From the NCBI GenBank assembly GCA_036918135.1, contig JBALDB010000007.1, positions 320,001-384,000 of the forward strand: 64,000 bases of DNA, written 5' to 3'. Each line of letters opens with the position of its first letter. The first letter of the stretch is position 1. This document shows, piece after piece, positions 41,637 to 51,347 of this stretch. The notes under the pieces are model-generated. The model ran no database searches. It had not been told where the DNA came from and was given only the letters and a program-made list of their open reading frames with translations. The DNA is from Nostoc sp. GTDB lineage: Bacteria; Cyanobacteriota; Cyanobacteriia; Cyanobacteriales; Nostocaceae. The position numbers and the translations under genes were made by a program.

Positions 41637-43910
41637 CTACTCATTAATTTGACCAACGCGGCGGATATTCAAAATGTCGCTCATTTTCTTAATTTGAATA
41701 AATACTTGCTCTAGTTGAGAGCGATCGCGTATATCTATTCCTAAATCCATCAATGCAGGTTGACCAATTGCAGTTTTCACTTGGGCATGGCGGACATTGA
41801 TTCCCTGGTCACTCAACCGTGATAATATGTCTTTTAGCACTCCTACGCGGTCAAGTGCTTCAATTTGAATATCCACTGGGTAAGTTTGCACACGACCGCT
41901 GTTTTCGGCTGCTGGATTCCACCTAACTGGTACTAGGCGCTCATACTCGACATCTTCCAGATTATGGCAGCCTTGACGATGAATTGAAATCCCCCTACCT
42001 CGCGTCACTACACCAATAATTGCTTCGCCAGGAATTGGGGTACAACACTTAGCTAAATGATACACCAAACCTTCTACTCCAATAATCGGCGAATCTGGCG
42101 AGCGAGAGATATTTGGAGGCGCATCTCGCAAAGCTTTTGCTGTAGATGCTGGTTCTTTAGGAAGAAATAGGGCTACAGTTGTAACTGGTTGTTGTGCCTT
42201 TACCACTTCTCGCCAACGATTTAGTACTAAATTCAACGTCACTTCGCCGTAACCCAAACCAGCCAGTAAATCTTCCACACTGTGGTAGTTACACTTTTCA
42301 GTGACAATCTGCATTGCATCGGACTTTAAAAGACTATCAAAACCAGTTTTACCAAGTTCCTTTTCTAATAATTCTCGTCCACGGGCGACATTTTCTTCCC
42401 GGCGCGATCGCTTGTACCATTGTTTAATTCTATACTTCGCTGCTGAAGTTCTCACAAAATTCAACCAATCCAAACTCGGATGGCAGTTCTTTTGCGTAAG
42501 AATCTCCACAATATCGCCATTGTGCAGCCGCGTTGACAGAGGTACCATTCGTCCATTCACCCGTGCCCCTGAACAGTGATTTCCCACTTCTGTATGAATG
42601 CGATAAGCAAAATCTATGCTTGTAGATCCAGGACTTAAAGGCACAACATCCCCCTTAGGGGTGAAGACATAGACATCATCTTCAAATAAATTATCTTTGA
42701 CACTATCAAGATATTCTTGAGCGTCCTTGAGATCCGTTTGCCATTCCAGCAGTTGCCGCAACCAAGTAAACTTGTCATCTGTTGCTGTCAAATGGCTAAT
42801 GCTAGAACCTCCTGTTTCTTTATACTTCCAATGAGCGGCAATCCCGTACTCGGCGATATGATGCATTTCTATCGTCCGAATTTGGACTTCCAAAGGACGA
42901 CCAGTCAAACCAATTACTCCAGTATGCAATGACTGGTAACGATTAGGTTTTGGCAGTCCAATATAGTCTTTAAATCTTCCAGGAATTGGGCGAAAAGCAT
43001 CATGAACTATAGCCAACGCTCGATAGCATTCTTCATTGGTTTGAACAATAATCCGCAGAGCTGCTAAATCATAAATTTCATGAAATTCCTTTTGCTGTCG
43101 CTGCATTTTTTGGTAAATACTATAAAGATGCTTGGGGCGACCGCTAATATCTTGGCAGTGAATTCCAGCTTGCTGCAAACGCTCCCGTAAAATATCTGTA
43201 GATTTGACTAGCTTCTCTTCTCGTGCCGTGCGTTTTTCAGAAACATGCTGCTGAATTTCTCGGAAAGCTTCTGGTTCCAAATATTTAAAAGCCAAATCCT
43301 CTAATTCCCACTTAATTCGCCAGATACCCAAGCGATTAGCTAAAGGTGCAAAGATATCTCGTGTTTCCTGGGCACTACGGCGGCGGCTGGCTTCGGACAT
43401 GTATTGTAAGGTTCGCATATTATGCAAACGGTCTGCCAACTTCACCACAATCACTCGAATATCTTGCGCCATTGCCAAAAACATCCGCCGGAAATTTTCG
43501 GCTTGGCTTTCGGTTTTGCTGGTGAAATTGATTTTAGAAAGCTTGGTGACACCTTCAACCAATTGACGCACTTCTGGGCCGAAGTGTTCTTCGATTTCTT
43601 CAATAGTAACTTCTGTATCTTCAACTACATCATGAAGAAATCCAGCTGCTATCATAGCAGGACTACCGCCCAAGTCCCGCAGCAATCCAGCCACAGCAAT
43701 GGGATGAGCAATGTATGGTTCTCCTGATTTGCGGTATTGACCTTGATGCAGTTGGTAAGCAAATTCAAATGCTCGACCAATTAAGACTGCATCATTATGC
43801 CTGCGGTCATCTTCCGACTGGTCGCTAGTTGTACATGACTCCTTTAAACATTTCTTTAACCATTCCGGAATGGCAAGATCAACTGATGAATTAATAGCTA
43901 TGCTGCTCAT
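41637..43910 (-). CDS. rel: Bifunctional (p)ppGpp synthetase/hydrolase
   Basis: H.GQYRKSGEPYIAHP, LHDVVEDT, KLADRLHNMRTL, YQSLHT, TGS and ACT domains. Confidence 0.97.
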   Translation of the reverse strand: MSSIAINSSVDLAIPEWLKKCLKESCTTSDQSEDDRRHNDAVLIGRAFEFAYQLHQGQYRKSGEPYIAHPIAVAGLLRDLGGSPAMIAAGFLHDVVEDTEVTIEEIEEHFGPEVRQLVEGVTKLSKINFTSKTESQAENFRRMFLAMAQDIRVIVVKLADRLHNMRTLQYMSEASRRRSAQETRDIFAPLANRLGIWRIKWELEDLAFKYLEPEAFREIQQHVSEKRTAREEKLVKSTDILRERLQQAGIHCQDISGRPKHLYSIYQKMQRQQKEFHEIYDLAALRIIVQTNEECYRALAIVHDAFRPIPGRFKDYIGLPKPNRYQSLHTGVIGLTGRPLEVQIRTIEMHHIAEYGIAAHWKYKETGGSSISHLTATDDKFTWLRQLLEWQTDLKDAQEYLDSVKDNLFEDDVYVFTPKGDVVPLSPGSTSIDFAYRIHTEVGNHCSGARVNGRMVPLSTRLHNGDIVEILTQKNCHPSLDWLNFVRTSAAKYRIKQWYKRSRREENVARGRELLEKELGKTGFDSLLKSDAMQIVTEKCNYHSVEDLLAGLGYGEVTLNLVLNRWREVVKAQQPVTTVALFLPKEPASTAKALRDAPPNISRSPDSPIIGVEGLVYHLAKCCTPIPGEAIIGVVTRGRGISIHRQGCHNLEDVEYERLVPVRWNPAAENSGRVQTYPVDIQIEALDRVGVLKDILSRLSDQGINVRHAQVKTAIGQPALMDLGIDIRDRSQLEQVFIQIKKMSDILNIRRVGQINE

Positions 43911-44205
43911 AGAATTGGGTCTTAAGGGACTCGGTAGATAAATCAGAGATAGACAAAACTGGCAGCATTACCATCAGCAGATGTTATTGCCACCAGATGG
44001 GTGGAAAAAACAGTGTCAGGATGGTTCTGCAATTGGCGACGCTAATCATCCAGTGTAAGTTTAAAGAATTGTAAACTTAAAAATCGATTAATTGCAAACA
44101 AAGCCTCAAATCGTGATTTGAGGCTTTTAGTGCCGAGCGGGGGGTAAGAAAGTTTATTGTATAAGAAAAATTAGTTGACATTTATATTATCTTAACTAGC
44201 ACTGG

Positions 44206-44589
44206 ATGTCTTTATACCGTGAGAAATATCAGGCACTAGTAACCTTACTAGAGCAATTACGCTCCGATGCCACAACTACCCAAATAGATGTACCCGAACT
44301 GCGGCGGCGTGTAGCCTCCTTGCAGCAACTGTTTGTAAAGGAAATTGTACCTTTGGCTGATGTTGGCGTTGGCGAAGCCTCTTTGCAAGGAAAAGACCCG
44401 CGAGTGCAGTCTTATCAAACGGAGATCGGTAAGCAGCTGCGCTTGTTGGAAATAGATGTAATGTTTTTCCAAGGAGCGCGGCAAGCATCTACTGTAGAAA
44501 CGAGACTGCAAACGATTAGCAATCGCTTGACAATTCTCATCCAATACTGTGATGCCATTTTGCAACCAGAAGCGGAGGGAGAAAAATAA
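44206..44589 (+). CDS. patD: Heterocyst frequency control protein PatD
   Basis: VQSYQTEIGKQLRLLEIDVMFFQGARQ core; divergent from rel as in other Nostocales. Confidence 0.8.
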   Translation: MSLYREKYQALVTLLEQLRSDATTTQIDVPELRRRVASLQQLFVKEIVPLADVGVGEASLQGKDPRVQSYQTEIGKQLRLLEIDVMFFQGARQASTVETRLQTISNRLTILIQYCDAILQPEAEGEK

Positions 44590-44742
44590 CAATTGTTCAC
44601 CTTTTTCTCTAATTAGTACATCATCTCATTTAGGATGATTCCTGAAAAGTTATTTTGGCAACAAGTTGGAAATAGGCATTGGTAGTGTTGACTATTGACT
44701 GTTAAGCCTCACCAAAGATGCTCCACCTCTGGTGAGGAGTTA

Positions 44743-45366
44743 TTATTCTCTGCTGTGCCCTTCATCTTTTTTATCCCTAATCCCCACTCCCTTTAACAGA
44801 AGATTCATCGTGCGGCGCATGTACGCTTCTACCGGCTCGGTAGTGGGTTTGAAAATCAGTGCATAATACAGTGACCCACTGATCAGGTCGATAATTAAGT
44901 CTATATCAGCCTGGTTATGAATTTCCCCTCTAGATTTAGCACGCTCAAGTATTTTTGCAAAAGCTTCACGTCGAAGTTTTGTATATTTTGTCCAGTAAAC
45001 TTTGGCAAACTCAGGATTGCTAGATGCTGTGCTGACAATCAATGCCAGTGTTTGCCGACCAAGAGGACTATTTATTTTTTTGGTAGCATTTTTAATGACG
45101 ATATCCATGTCTCCCCAAAAGCTGCCAGTATCGGGAATCGCTAAATCATCTCTGAGACTTTCTATTGCCTCTGCAACTAGTTCTTCTTTGGAAGTGTAAC
45201 GCCGATAAATGGTGGTTTTACCAACTCCAGCACGAGCAGCGATCGCTTCTATACTCATGCTTTGATATCCCACCTCTGCAAGCAAGTCTAAGGTTGCTTG
45301 CAAAATAGCTTGGTCAGCGTGGATGCTACGTGGGCGTCCTGAGGGGCTGTTGATTTGATTACTCAT
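44743..45366 (-). CDS. TetR/AcrR family regulator
   Basis: GRPRS...SIEAIAARAGVGKTTIYRRY. Confidence 0.93.
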   Translation of the reverse strand: MSNQINSPSGRPRSIHADQAILQATLDLLAEVGYQSMSIEAIAARAGVGKTTIYRRYTSKEELVAEAIESLRDDLAIPDTGSFWGDMDIVIKNATKKINSPLGRQTLALIVSTASSNPEFAKVYWTKYTKLRREAFAKILERAKSRGEIHNQADIDLIIDLISGSLYYALIFKPTTEPVEAYMRRTMNLLLKGVGIRDKKDEGHSRE

Positions 45367-45428
45367 AAAAATATCATCCCCAAGCAATATTATCTTGACA
45401 ATTCACTTCTAGCTTTAGGCACACAGCA

Positions 45429-45558
45429 TAACTACGTCGGCGTAAATAATTATCGTTGCTATAAGGCAAGGAGTAGGAGGCAGGGGGCAGGGAAAAAAAG
45501 GGTTTGAGCTTTATTTATTTTCTTTACACAGTTTAGTTTTATTGTACTGACTTACTTA
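45429..45558. mobile_element. MITE-like element, family B, copy 2
   Basis: TAACTACGTCGG...GACTTACTTA ends; homologous to 11789-11933. Confidence 0.6.
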
Positions 45559-45687
45559 ATACATGAGGGTATTAAATCAGCCCTGTAATCTACTTTTTTG
45601 CACTAAAAGGCCAGCAGTGACCATCCATCTTTAGTATCAGTATTTCTGTTGCTTTTTATGCAATCCTCCCTTGACCGTTTTAATATG

Positions 45688-45706
45688 ATACGCTACGGTA
45701 GCGTAT
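45688..45706. promoter_or_regulatory. Candidate TetR operator
   Basis: Perfect palindrome ATACGCTAC-G-GTAGCGTAT just downstream of TTGACC (45671), upstream of the efflux gene. Confidence 0.6.
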
Positions 45707-45771
45707 ATATAGGATATCTCATTTTTGCTTTGGGGATTGCTCTGACAATCTGTGAAATACTACTTATAACA

Positions 45772-47361
45772 ATGGCTACTAATATTAAAAATTCTACCTT
45801 TGACCAATTTGGTTATGTCCAGGGGCCTTTAAAGTGGGCGATCGCTTTTACGGCCGCCCTTGGTGCTATGTTGGAAGTAATTGATACCAGTATTGTCAAT
45901 GTTGCCTTGACCGATATCCAAGCCAGTCTGGGTGCAACTGTCACTGAAGTGGGTTGGGTGGTGACTGGATATGGGATCGCTAACGTTGTTTTAATTCCCT
46001 TATCTGCATGGTTGGGAGATTACTTTGGGCGCAAAACCTACTTTATCTTCTCTTTAATTGGCTTTACTATTGCTTCGGTTTTATGCGGGTTAGCATTCAA
46101 TTTACCGATGCTGGTGATTTCTCGAATTCTTCAAGGTTTATGTGGTGGCGGGTTGCTAGCTAAAGCCCAAGCAATTTTGTTCGAGACTTTTCCACCTGCG
46201 GAACAGGGTTTAGCTCAAGCAGTTTTTGGGGTGGGTGTAATTGCTGGGCCAGCCATCGGCCCAACTTTAGGCGGATTTTTGGTAGATGGTTTGGGCTGGC
46301 GCTGGATTTTCTTTGTTAATATTCCCTTCGGAATTGTTGCAGTGACCATGTCTTTGGTATTTTTGCCGAAAGACAAAGACAAGAGCCAAACACAAAGCAA
46401 AGTCGTCGATTGGTTCGGGATTGGGTTTTTGGTGATTGCGATCGGTTGTATGCAAACTCTGTTAGAGGAAGGAGAGAAGGATGACTGGTTTTCCTCTGAT
46501 TTTATTACTGGCTTGGCTGTGGCTAGCGCCATCGGATTGGGATTATTTATTTGGCAGGAATTGAGAATAGCCCATCCTGCCGTTGATTTGCGAGTTTTGC
46601 GTCATCGTTCTTTAGCTGCTGGAAGTGTTTTATCTGCATTGGTGGGGATGGGGCTTTATGGCACACTCTTTGCCGTACCGATATTTGCTCAGAGCATACT
46701 ACAGTTTACGGCAACGCAGACAGGACTATTGTTAGCGCCTGGTGCTTTGGCATCGGCGATCGTCATGGTTCTATTAGGCAAACTCTCGAGCATAATCGAT
46801 GCCAGAATATTAATTTCAATGGGCGCTGTCGGATCGTCTGGAGTCATGTTTCAACTAGCAGCAATTACTCCACAAACCGGCACAGATGATTTATTTTGGC
46901 CATTGGTATGGCGTGGGGCTTTTACTGTATTAATGTTTCTTCCCTTAAGTCTGGCAACTTTAGGGCCGCTACCCAAGCAAGATATTTCGGCTGGCTCTGG
47001 GTTCTATAACCTTACCCGACAACTAGGTGGTAGCATCGGCATTGCCCTACTCACGACTCTCCTTGACCGACGAGAAGCTTTTCATCGAGCCATCCTGGTA
47101 ACAAAACTGACTCCTTATGACTCAGAAACTAATCAGCGCCTTGATGTACTCAACGGGGTACTCCAAAGCCAAGGTATGGATGCAACAACAGCTCAACAAC
47201 AAGCACTAGCTTTATTAAATCAAATAGTAGATACCCAAGCTGCTGTTATGTCTTACGCAGATTGCTTTCGAGTGGTAGGTATTGCGTTCCTTTGCTCGTT
47301 ACCTCTGTTATTATTCCTGGGTAAAGGCGGCGCAGCAGCAAAAGCGCCAATAGGTCATTAG
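45772..47361 (+). CDS. DHA2 (EmrB/QacA) MFS efflux permease
   Basis: EVIDTSIVNVAL, GPAIGPTLGG, WRWIFFVNIPFG, RQLGGSIG. Probable start MATNIK. Confidence 0.93.
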   Translation: MATNIKNSTFDQFGYVQGPLKWAIAFTAALGAMLEVIDTSIVNVALTDIQASLGATVTEVGWVVTGYGIANVVLIPLSAWLGDYFGRKTYFIFSLIGFTIASVLCGLAFNLPMLVISRILQGLCGGGLLAKAQAILFETFPPAEQGLAQAVFGVGVIAGPAIGPTLGGFLVDGLGWRWIFFVNIPFGIVAVTMSLVFLPKDKDKSQTQSKVVDWFGIGFLVIAIGCMQTLLEEGEKDDWFSSDFITGLAVASAIGLGLFIWQELRIAHPAVDLRVLRHRSLAAGSVLSALVGMGLYGTLFAVPIFAQSILQFTATQTGLLLAPGALASAIVMVLLGKLSSIIDARILISMGAVGSSGVMFQLAAITPQTGTDDLFWPLVWRGAFTVLMFLPLSLATLGPLPKQDISAGSGFYNLTRQLGGSIGIALLTTLLDRREAFHRAILVTKLTPYDSETNQRLDVLNGVLQSQGMDATTAQQQALALLNQIVDTQAAVMSYADCFRVVGIAFLCSLPLLLFLGKGGAAAKAPIGH

Positions 47362-47383
47362 TGCCAGACCTGTAAAAAAATCT

Positions 47384-47411
47384 AAAAACCCTACTCAGTT
47401 TTGAGCAGGGC
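47384..47411. terminator. Hairpin between the convergent MFS gene and small ORF
   Basis: CCCTACTCA-GTTT-TGAGCAGGG with a flanking A run. Confidence 0.5.
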
Positions 47412-47449
47412 TATGTAAAGTTTTGTTATTAAAATTAGAATTTTTTATT

Positions 47450-47554
47450 TTAGAAAAGGTTCGCTATCGCGATCACACTAACGCTGGTTAACGCGATTAA
47501 AGCGCCCATAATTATAGATTCACTCAGTGGATTGCGAAATTTTGAATTATTCAT
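47450..47554 (-). CDS. Putative 34-aa small membrane protein
   Basis: MNNSKFRNPLSESIIMGALIALTSVSVIAIANLF*; AAAAGGA RBS-like motif upstream and a hairpin downstream. Confidence 0.55.
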   Translation of the reverse strand: MNNSKFRNPLSESIIMGALIALTSVSVIAIANLF

Positions 47555-47993
47555 TTAAGTAAAAGTCCTTTTGGTTAACTGTTTCTTAACCATATCAAAA
47601 TCAGTATATATATCCATAAAAACCCTGTAAAACTTAAATTAGCGTAAAGTTTCTTCATAAAGACTGTAGTTTTTACTTATTTAATGCTTAATAGTAGCAT
47701 TGGGCACATGGGCAAACCTATAAAAGCAGAATAACTCCTAACTTGAAGAAACAAGACAGGAGGCAGAAGGAAAGAGGATTTGACTTGTTTATTTCATTCA
47801 TAGCGGGTGGTGTGCCGCTTGTACGCCTGCTCCTAACCGCAGCTAACGAAAACGTTTTTAGCAAGGCTCCTCATTCCCCACAGTGTAGTAATTTCCGAAT
47901 ACCATAATTACCTGATCTCCTAGCGGAATACGCGCCTTTATAGAGTAAAATAAATCTTAATCAAGGTAGAAAATATTTCAACAGAAAATTACC

Positions 47994-48719
47994 ATGACAG
48001 TTTCCACAGCATCTAAAAACGAAACGATCGCTTTTGACTTAGAAAAATTAAACCAGGAATTTGAAACTGCCACCCCCAAACAAATCTTGGCATGGTCTAT
48101 AGAAAATATCCCCACAGGACTGGTGCAAACCAGCGCCTTTAATGTGGATGACATGGTAATTACCCATATTCTTTACAGCGAACTCAAGTTTCCGGTTCCT
48201 GTGATATTTCTCAATACGCTCTACCACTTTGATGAAACCCTAGAATTAGTTGCTAAAGCCAAACAAATATACAATCTGGATCTAAAAACTTACAAAACTC
48301 TAGACGCAGACAGCCCCGAAGCTTTTGAAGCCAAGTATGGCAATGCACTCTGGGACAAGGATATTCTCAAATTCCACGAAATTACCAAAGTTGAACCATT
48401 ACAAAGGGGTTTAGACGAGCTCAACAGCGTCGCTTGGATCACTGGACGCCGCCGCGACCAAGCAGTAACCCGTGCTAATATGCCCATATTTGAATTAGAC
48501 GGCAAGAATCGTTTGAAAGTAAATCCCATAGCTGCCTGGACACGCAAAGACAGCTGGCTTTACGTGGCTGAACACGGAGTCATCTACAATCCCTTACACG
48601 ACCAAGGTTATCCCAGCATCGGCGACAAACCCATCACCACCAAAGTAGCAGATGGCGAAGACGAACGTGCTGGACGCTGGCGGGGAAGTGATAAAACAGA
48701 ATGTGGAATTCATATTTAG
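47994..48719 (+). CDS. cysH: Phosphoadenylyl-sulfate (PAPS) reductase
   Basis: TKVEPL, WITGRRRDQ, NPLHDQGYPSIGD, ERAGRW, ECGIH; no Fe-S CC motif. Confidence 0.93.
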   Translation: MTVSTASKNETIAFDLEKLNQEFETATPKQILAWSIENIPTGLVQTSAFNVDDMVITHILYSELKFPVPVIFLNTLYHFDETLELVAKAKQIYNLDLKTYKTLDADSPEAFEAKYGNALWDKDILKFHEITKVEPLQRGLDELNSVAWITGRRRDQAVTRANMPIFELDGKNRLKVNPIAAWTRKDSWLYVAEHGVIYNPLHDQGYPSIGDKPITTKVADGEDERAGRWRGSDKTECGIHI

Positions 48720-48830
48720 TTATTAGTCTATTAGTCATTTGTCATTAGTATTAAACAAAGAGATAAGTCTGAGATTGGGCTTTGTGAGATTAGAACTTCA
48801 AAGACAAATGACTAAAGACAAAGGACAAAT

Positions 48831-50084
48831 ATGATCAAAATCCTCCACCTTTCCGACATCCACATGGGAAGCGGCTTTTCCCACGGACGAATTAATCCCG
48901 CAACTGGATTAAATACACGATTGGAGGATTTTGTCAATACATTATCTCGATGTATTGACCGAGCGATCGCAGATCCCGTAGATTTGGTGATATTCGGTGG
49001 CGATGCTTTTCCAGATGCCACACCACCACCTTACGTACAACAAGCTTTTGCTAGCCAGTTTCGCCGTCTGGTAGATGCCAATATTCCGACAGTGCTGTTA
49101 GTGGGGAATCACGACCAACATTCCCAAGGACTAGGAGGAGCGAGTTTATGTATTTACCGCACCTTGGGAGTGCCTGGTTTTATTGTCGGTGATACATTAA
49201 CCACACACTCCATAGAAACCGTCAATGGCAAAGTGCAAGTAATTACGCTTCCTTGGCTGACTCGTTCCACGTTGATGACTCGTCAAGAAACTGAGGGTTT
49301 GTCTTTAGCGGAAGTCAACCAACTGTTAACGGAACGCTTGCAAGTTGTTATAGAAGGCGAAATTCGCCGTCTTGACCCCGACGTGCCAACTGTACTTTTG
49401 GCTCACTTGATGGCTGACAATGCTACCTTGGGAGCAGAACGCTACTTGGCAGTGGGTAAAGGCTTTACTCTACCGCTATCTTTATTGACGCGACCTTGTT
49501 TTGATTATGTAGCCTTAGGACATGTCCATCGTCATCAAAATTTGAATAAATCTAATAACCCCCCAGTGATTTATCCAGGTAGTATTGAGCGGGTAGATTT
49601 TAGTGAAGAAAAAGAAGACAAAGGCTATGTAATGATTGAACTGGAGCGGGGTAAAGCAGAGTGGGAATTCTGTCCGTTACTAGTTCGGGATTTTTGCACA
49701 ATTGAAGTGGATGTCTCCAAAGCAGACGATCCTCAAGCGGTATTAATCAAAGCGATCGCCAAGTATGACATTGAAGATGCTGTAGTGCGGCTGATTTATA
49801 AACTCCGCTCTGAGCAGATGGATTTAATTGAAAGTTCCTCTCTACATACTGCTTTGAGTCCAGCTCACACCTACACTATCCAAGCAGAATTAGTGAGTCA
49901 ATTAGCCAGGCCTCGAATTCCGGAATTGAGTGCGAGTAGTAGCATTGACCCAATGGAAGCCTTGAAAACTTACTTGAACAATCGGGAAGACCTGAAAGAC
50001 ATCGCAGCATCAATGCTAGAAGCTGCACAAAAGTTGCTAGCAGATGATGTGGAAGTTTGGCTAGAAGCAGCAACTAATGAATGA
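48831..50084 (+). CDS. sbcD: Exonuclease SbcCD subunit D (Mre11-like)
   Basis: HLSDIH, GGDAF, GNHD, ALGHVH, YPGSIERVDFSE. Confidence 0.92.
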   Translation: MIKILHLSDIHMGSGFSHGRINPATGLNTRLEDFVNTLSRCIDRAIADPVDLVIFGGDAFPDATPPPYVQQAFASQFRRLVDANIPTVLLVGNHDQHSQGLGGASLCIYRTLGVPGFIVGDTLTTHSIETVNGKVQVITLPWLTRSTLMTRQETEGLSLAEVNQLLTERLQVVIEGEIRRLDPDVPTVLLAHLMADNATLGAERYLAVGKGFTLPLSLLTRPCFDYVALGHVHRHQNLNKSNNPPVIYPGSIERVDFSEEKEDKGYVMIELERGKAEWEFCPLLVRDFCTIEVDVSKADDPQAVLIKAIAKYDIEDAVVRLIYKLRSEQMDLIESSSLHTALSPAHTYTIQAELVSQLARPRIPELSASSSIDPMEALKTYLNNREDLKDIAASMLEAAQKLLADDVEVWLEAATNE

Positions 50085-50171
50085 GGTTTATTGACTGCTG
50101 AGGGTTAACAGTTAACCGTCAAGTGTCAACAGGAAAAGATGTAGAAGTTAAATGTGTAACAGCTTAGTTCT

Positions 50172-51164
50172 TTATGTCCAAGCACGGAAAAACGTACTAT
50201 CTTCCCAAATACTAGCAGTTTGCCCTGCGATCGCTTTCAATTCTTGCTCTTTGAGGGGTACAAAAGCACGTGCTATCTTGACATTATTCTCTAGTTGTGC
50301 AGTTGTCTCTGCGGCAATTATACAACAATGCACTCCAGGCTGAGACATTGTATATCCCAAAGCTTGTTGCATACCTGTTAATCCACCTGATTTAAATAGG
50401 CGACCATAAGCCGGGACTTTCATGGCAATTACACCCACATTTTTTTGTTGAGCAACTGGTAGAACTACCGGGATAAATGGACGTGGGTGGTGTTTGTCAG
50501 CAGCATTCACAGGAATCAGTGTGGTGTGGAAAGGATAGCGACGCAACCCTTCGGCAATTATCTGAGGATCGTGATGTCCGGTAATACCTGCGAAGCGGAC
50601 GAGTTTTTGTTGTATGGCTTCTTCTAAAGCTCGAATTGCGCCAGCTGGACTAAAGATGGTATCGAGTTCTTCAACAAAAGAGACGTGATGTAATTGCCAC
50701 AAATCGAGGTAATCTGTATTCAGACGTTTGAGCGATCGCTCTAATTCTCGCCATGCACCATCCCGGTCTCTTCGATCGGTTTTGCTGGCCAGAAACAGCT
50801 TTGAACGATGGGGTGGTAGCACTTTGCCTAGATAATCTTCACTAGGCCCATAACTTGCAGCAGTATCAAAGTAGCGAATCCCAAGTTCTAGCGCTTTTTG
50901 AATAATTTTGGCAGCATCAGCTTCTCTTCCTTCCCAGGATAGCGGCGTTTGTCCTGCTCCTCCCAAGCCGAATATAGGCACATTTACTTCCGTGCGTCCC
51001 AACACTCGTTCTGGCATCGTTGCTGGTGGTGTCACGGTATTGATAGTATTTTGTTGTGTGGTAGTGTTAGTAGTATTTTGCTGTAAAGCGTTAGTGGCCA
51101 CAATACCACTGGTAACAGCAACACTGGTAATTAGAAAATTACGCCGCGTCTTTGCTTCTGTCAT
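50172..51164 (-). CDS. Aldo/keto reductase with twin-arginine signal
   Basis: TRRNFL signal; FDTAASYG, LASKT, SLKRLNTDYLDLWQLH. Confidence 0.9.
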   Translation of the reverse strand: MTEAKTRRNFLITSVAVTSGIVATNALQQNTTNTTTQQNTINTVTPPATMPERVLGRTEVNVPIFGLGGAGQTPLSWEGREADAAKIIQKALELGIRYFDTAASYGPSEDYLGKVLPPHRSKLFLASKTDRRDRDGAWRELERSLKRLNTDYLDLWQLHHVSFVEELDTIFSPAGAIRALEEAIQQKLVRFAGITGHHDPQIIAEGLRRYPFHTTLIPVNAADKHHPRPFIPVVLPVAQQKNVGVIAMKVPAYGRLFKSGGLTGMQQALGYTMSQPGVHCCIIAAETTAQLENNVKIARAFVPLKEQELKAIAGQTASIWEDSTFFRAWT

Positions 51165-51278
51165 GATTGGCTTTGGGGACAAAATTACTTTTATTGTAAA
51201 ATCTTAGCTAGGAAAAATTAATTTCAGACAATAAATCTATCCTGGGATTAGTTTTGTGAATAATTTCATACTCAAAAA

Positions 51279-51310
51279 GCGATGGCTACGCCAACGCCAA
51301 AGGCGAACGC
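51279..51310. repeat. HIP1 octamer split by a 24-nt insert
   Basis: GCGAT-GGCTACGCCAACGCCAAAGGCGAA-CGC. Confidence 0.6.
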
Positions 51311-51347
51311 ACTTGTATTTTTAGTTTAGCTTTCAGGGGCGATCGCT

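Noticed and set aside
45649..45771. N-terminal extension of the MFS ORF in the track
   Set aside because: Overlaps the promoter-like TTGACC and the operator palindrome; ATG at 45772 is the more plausible start.
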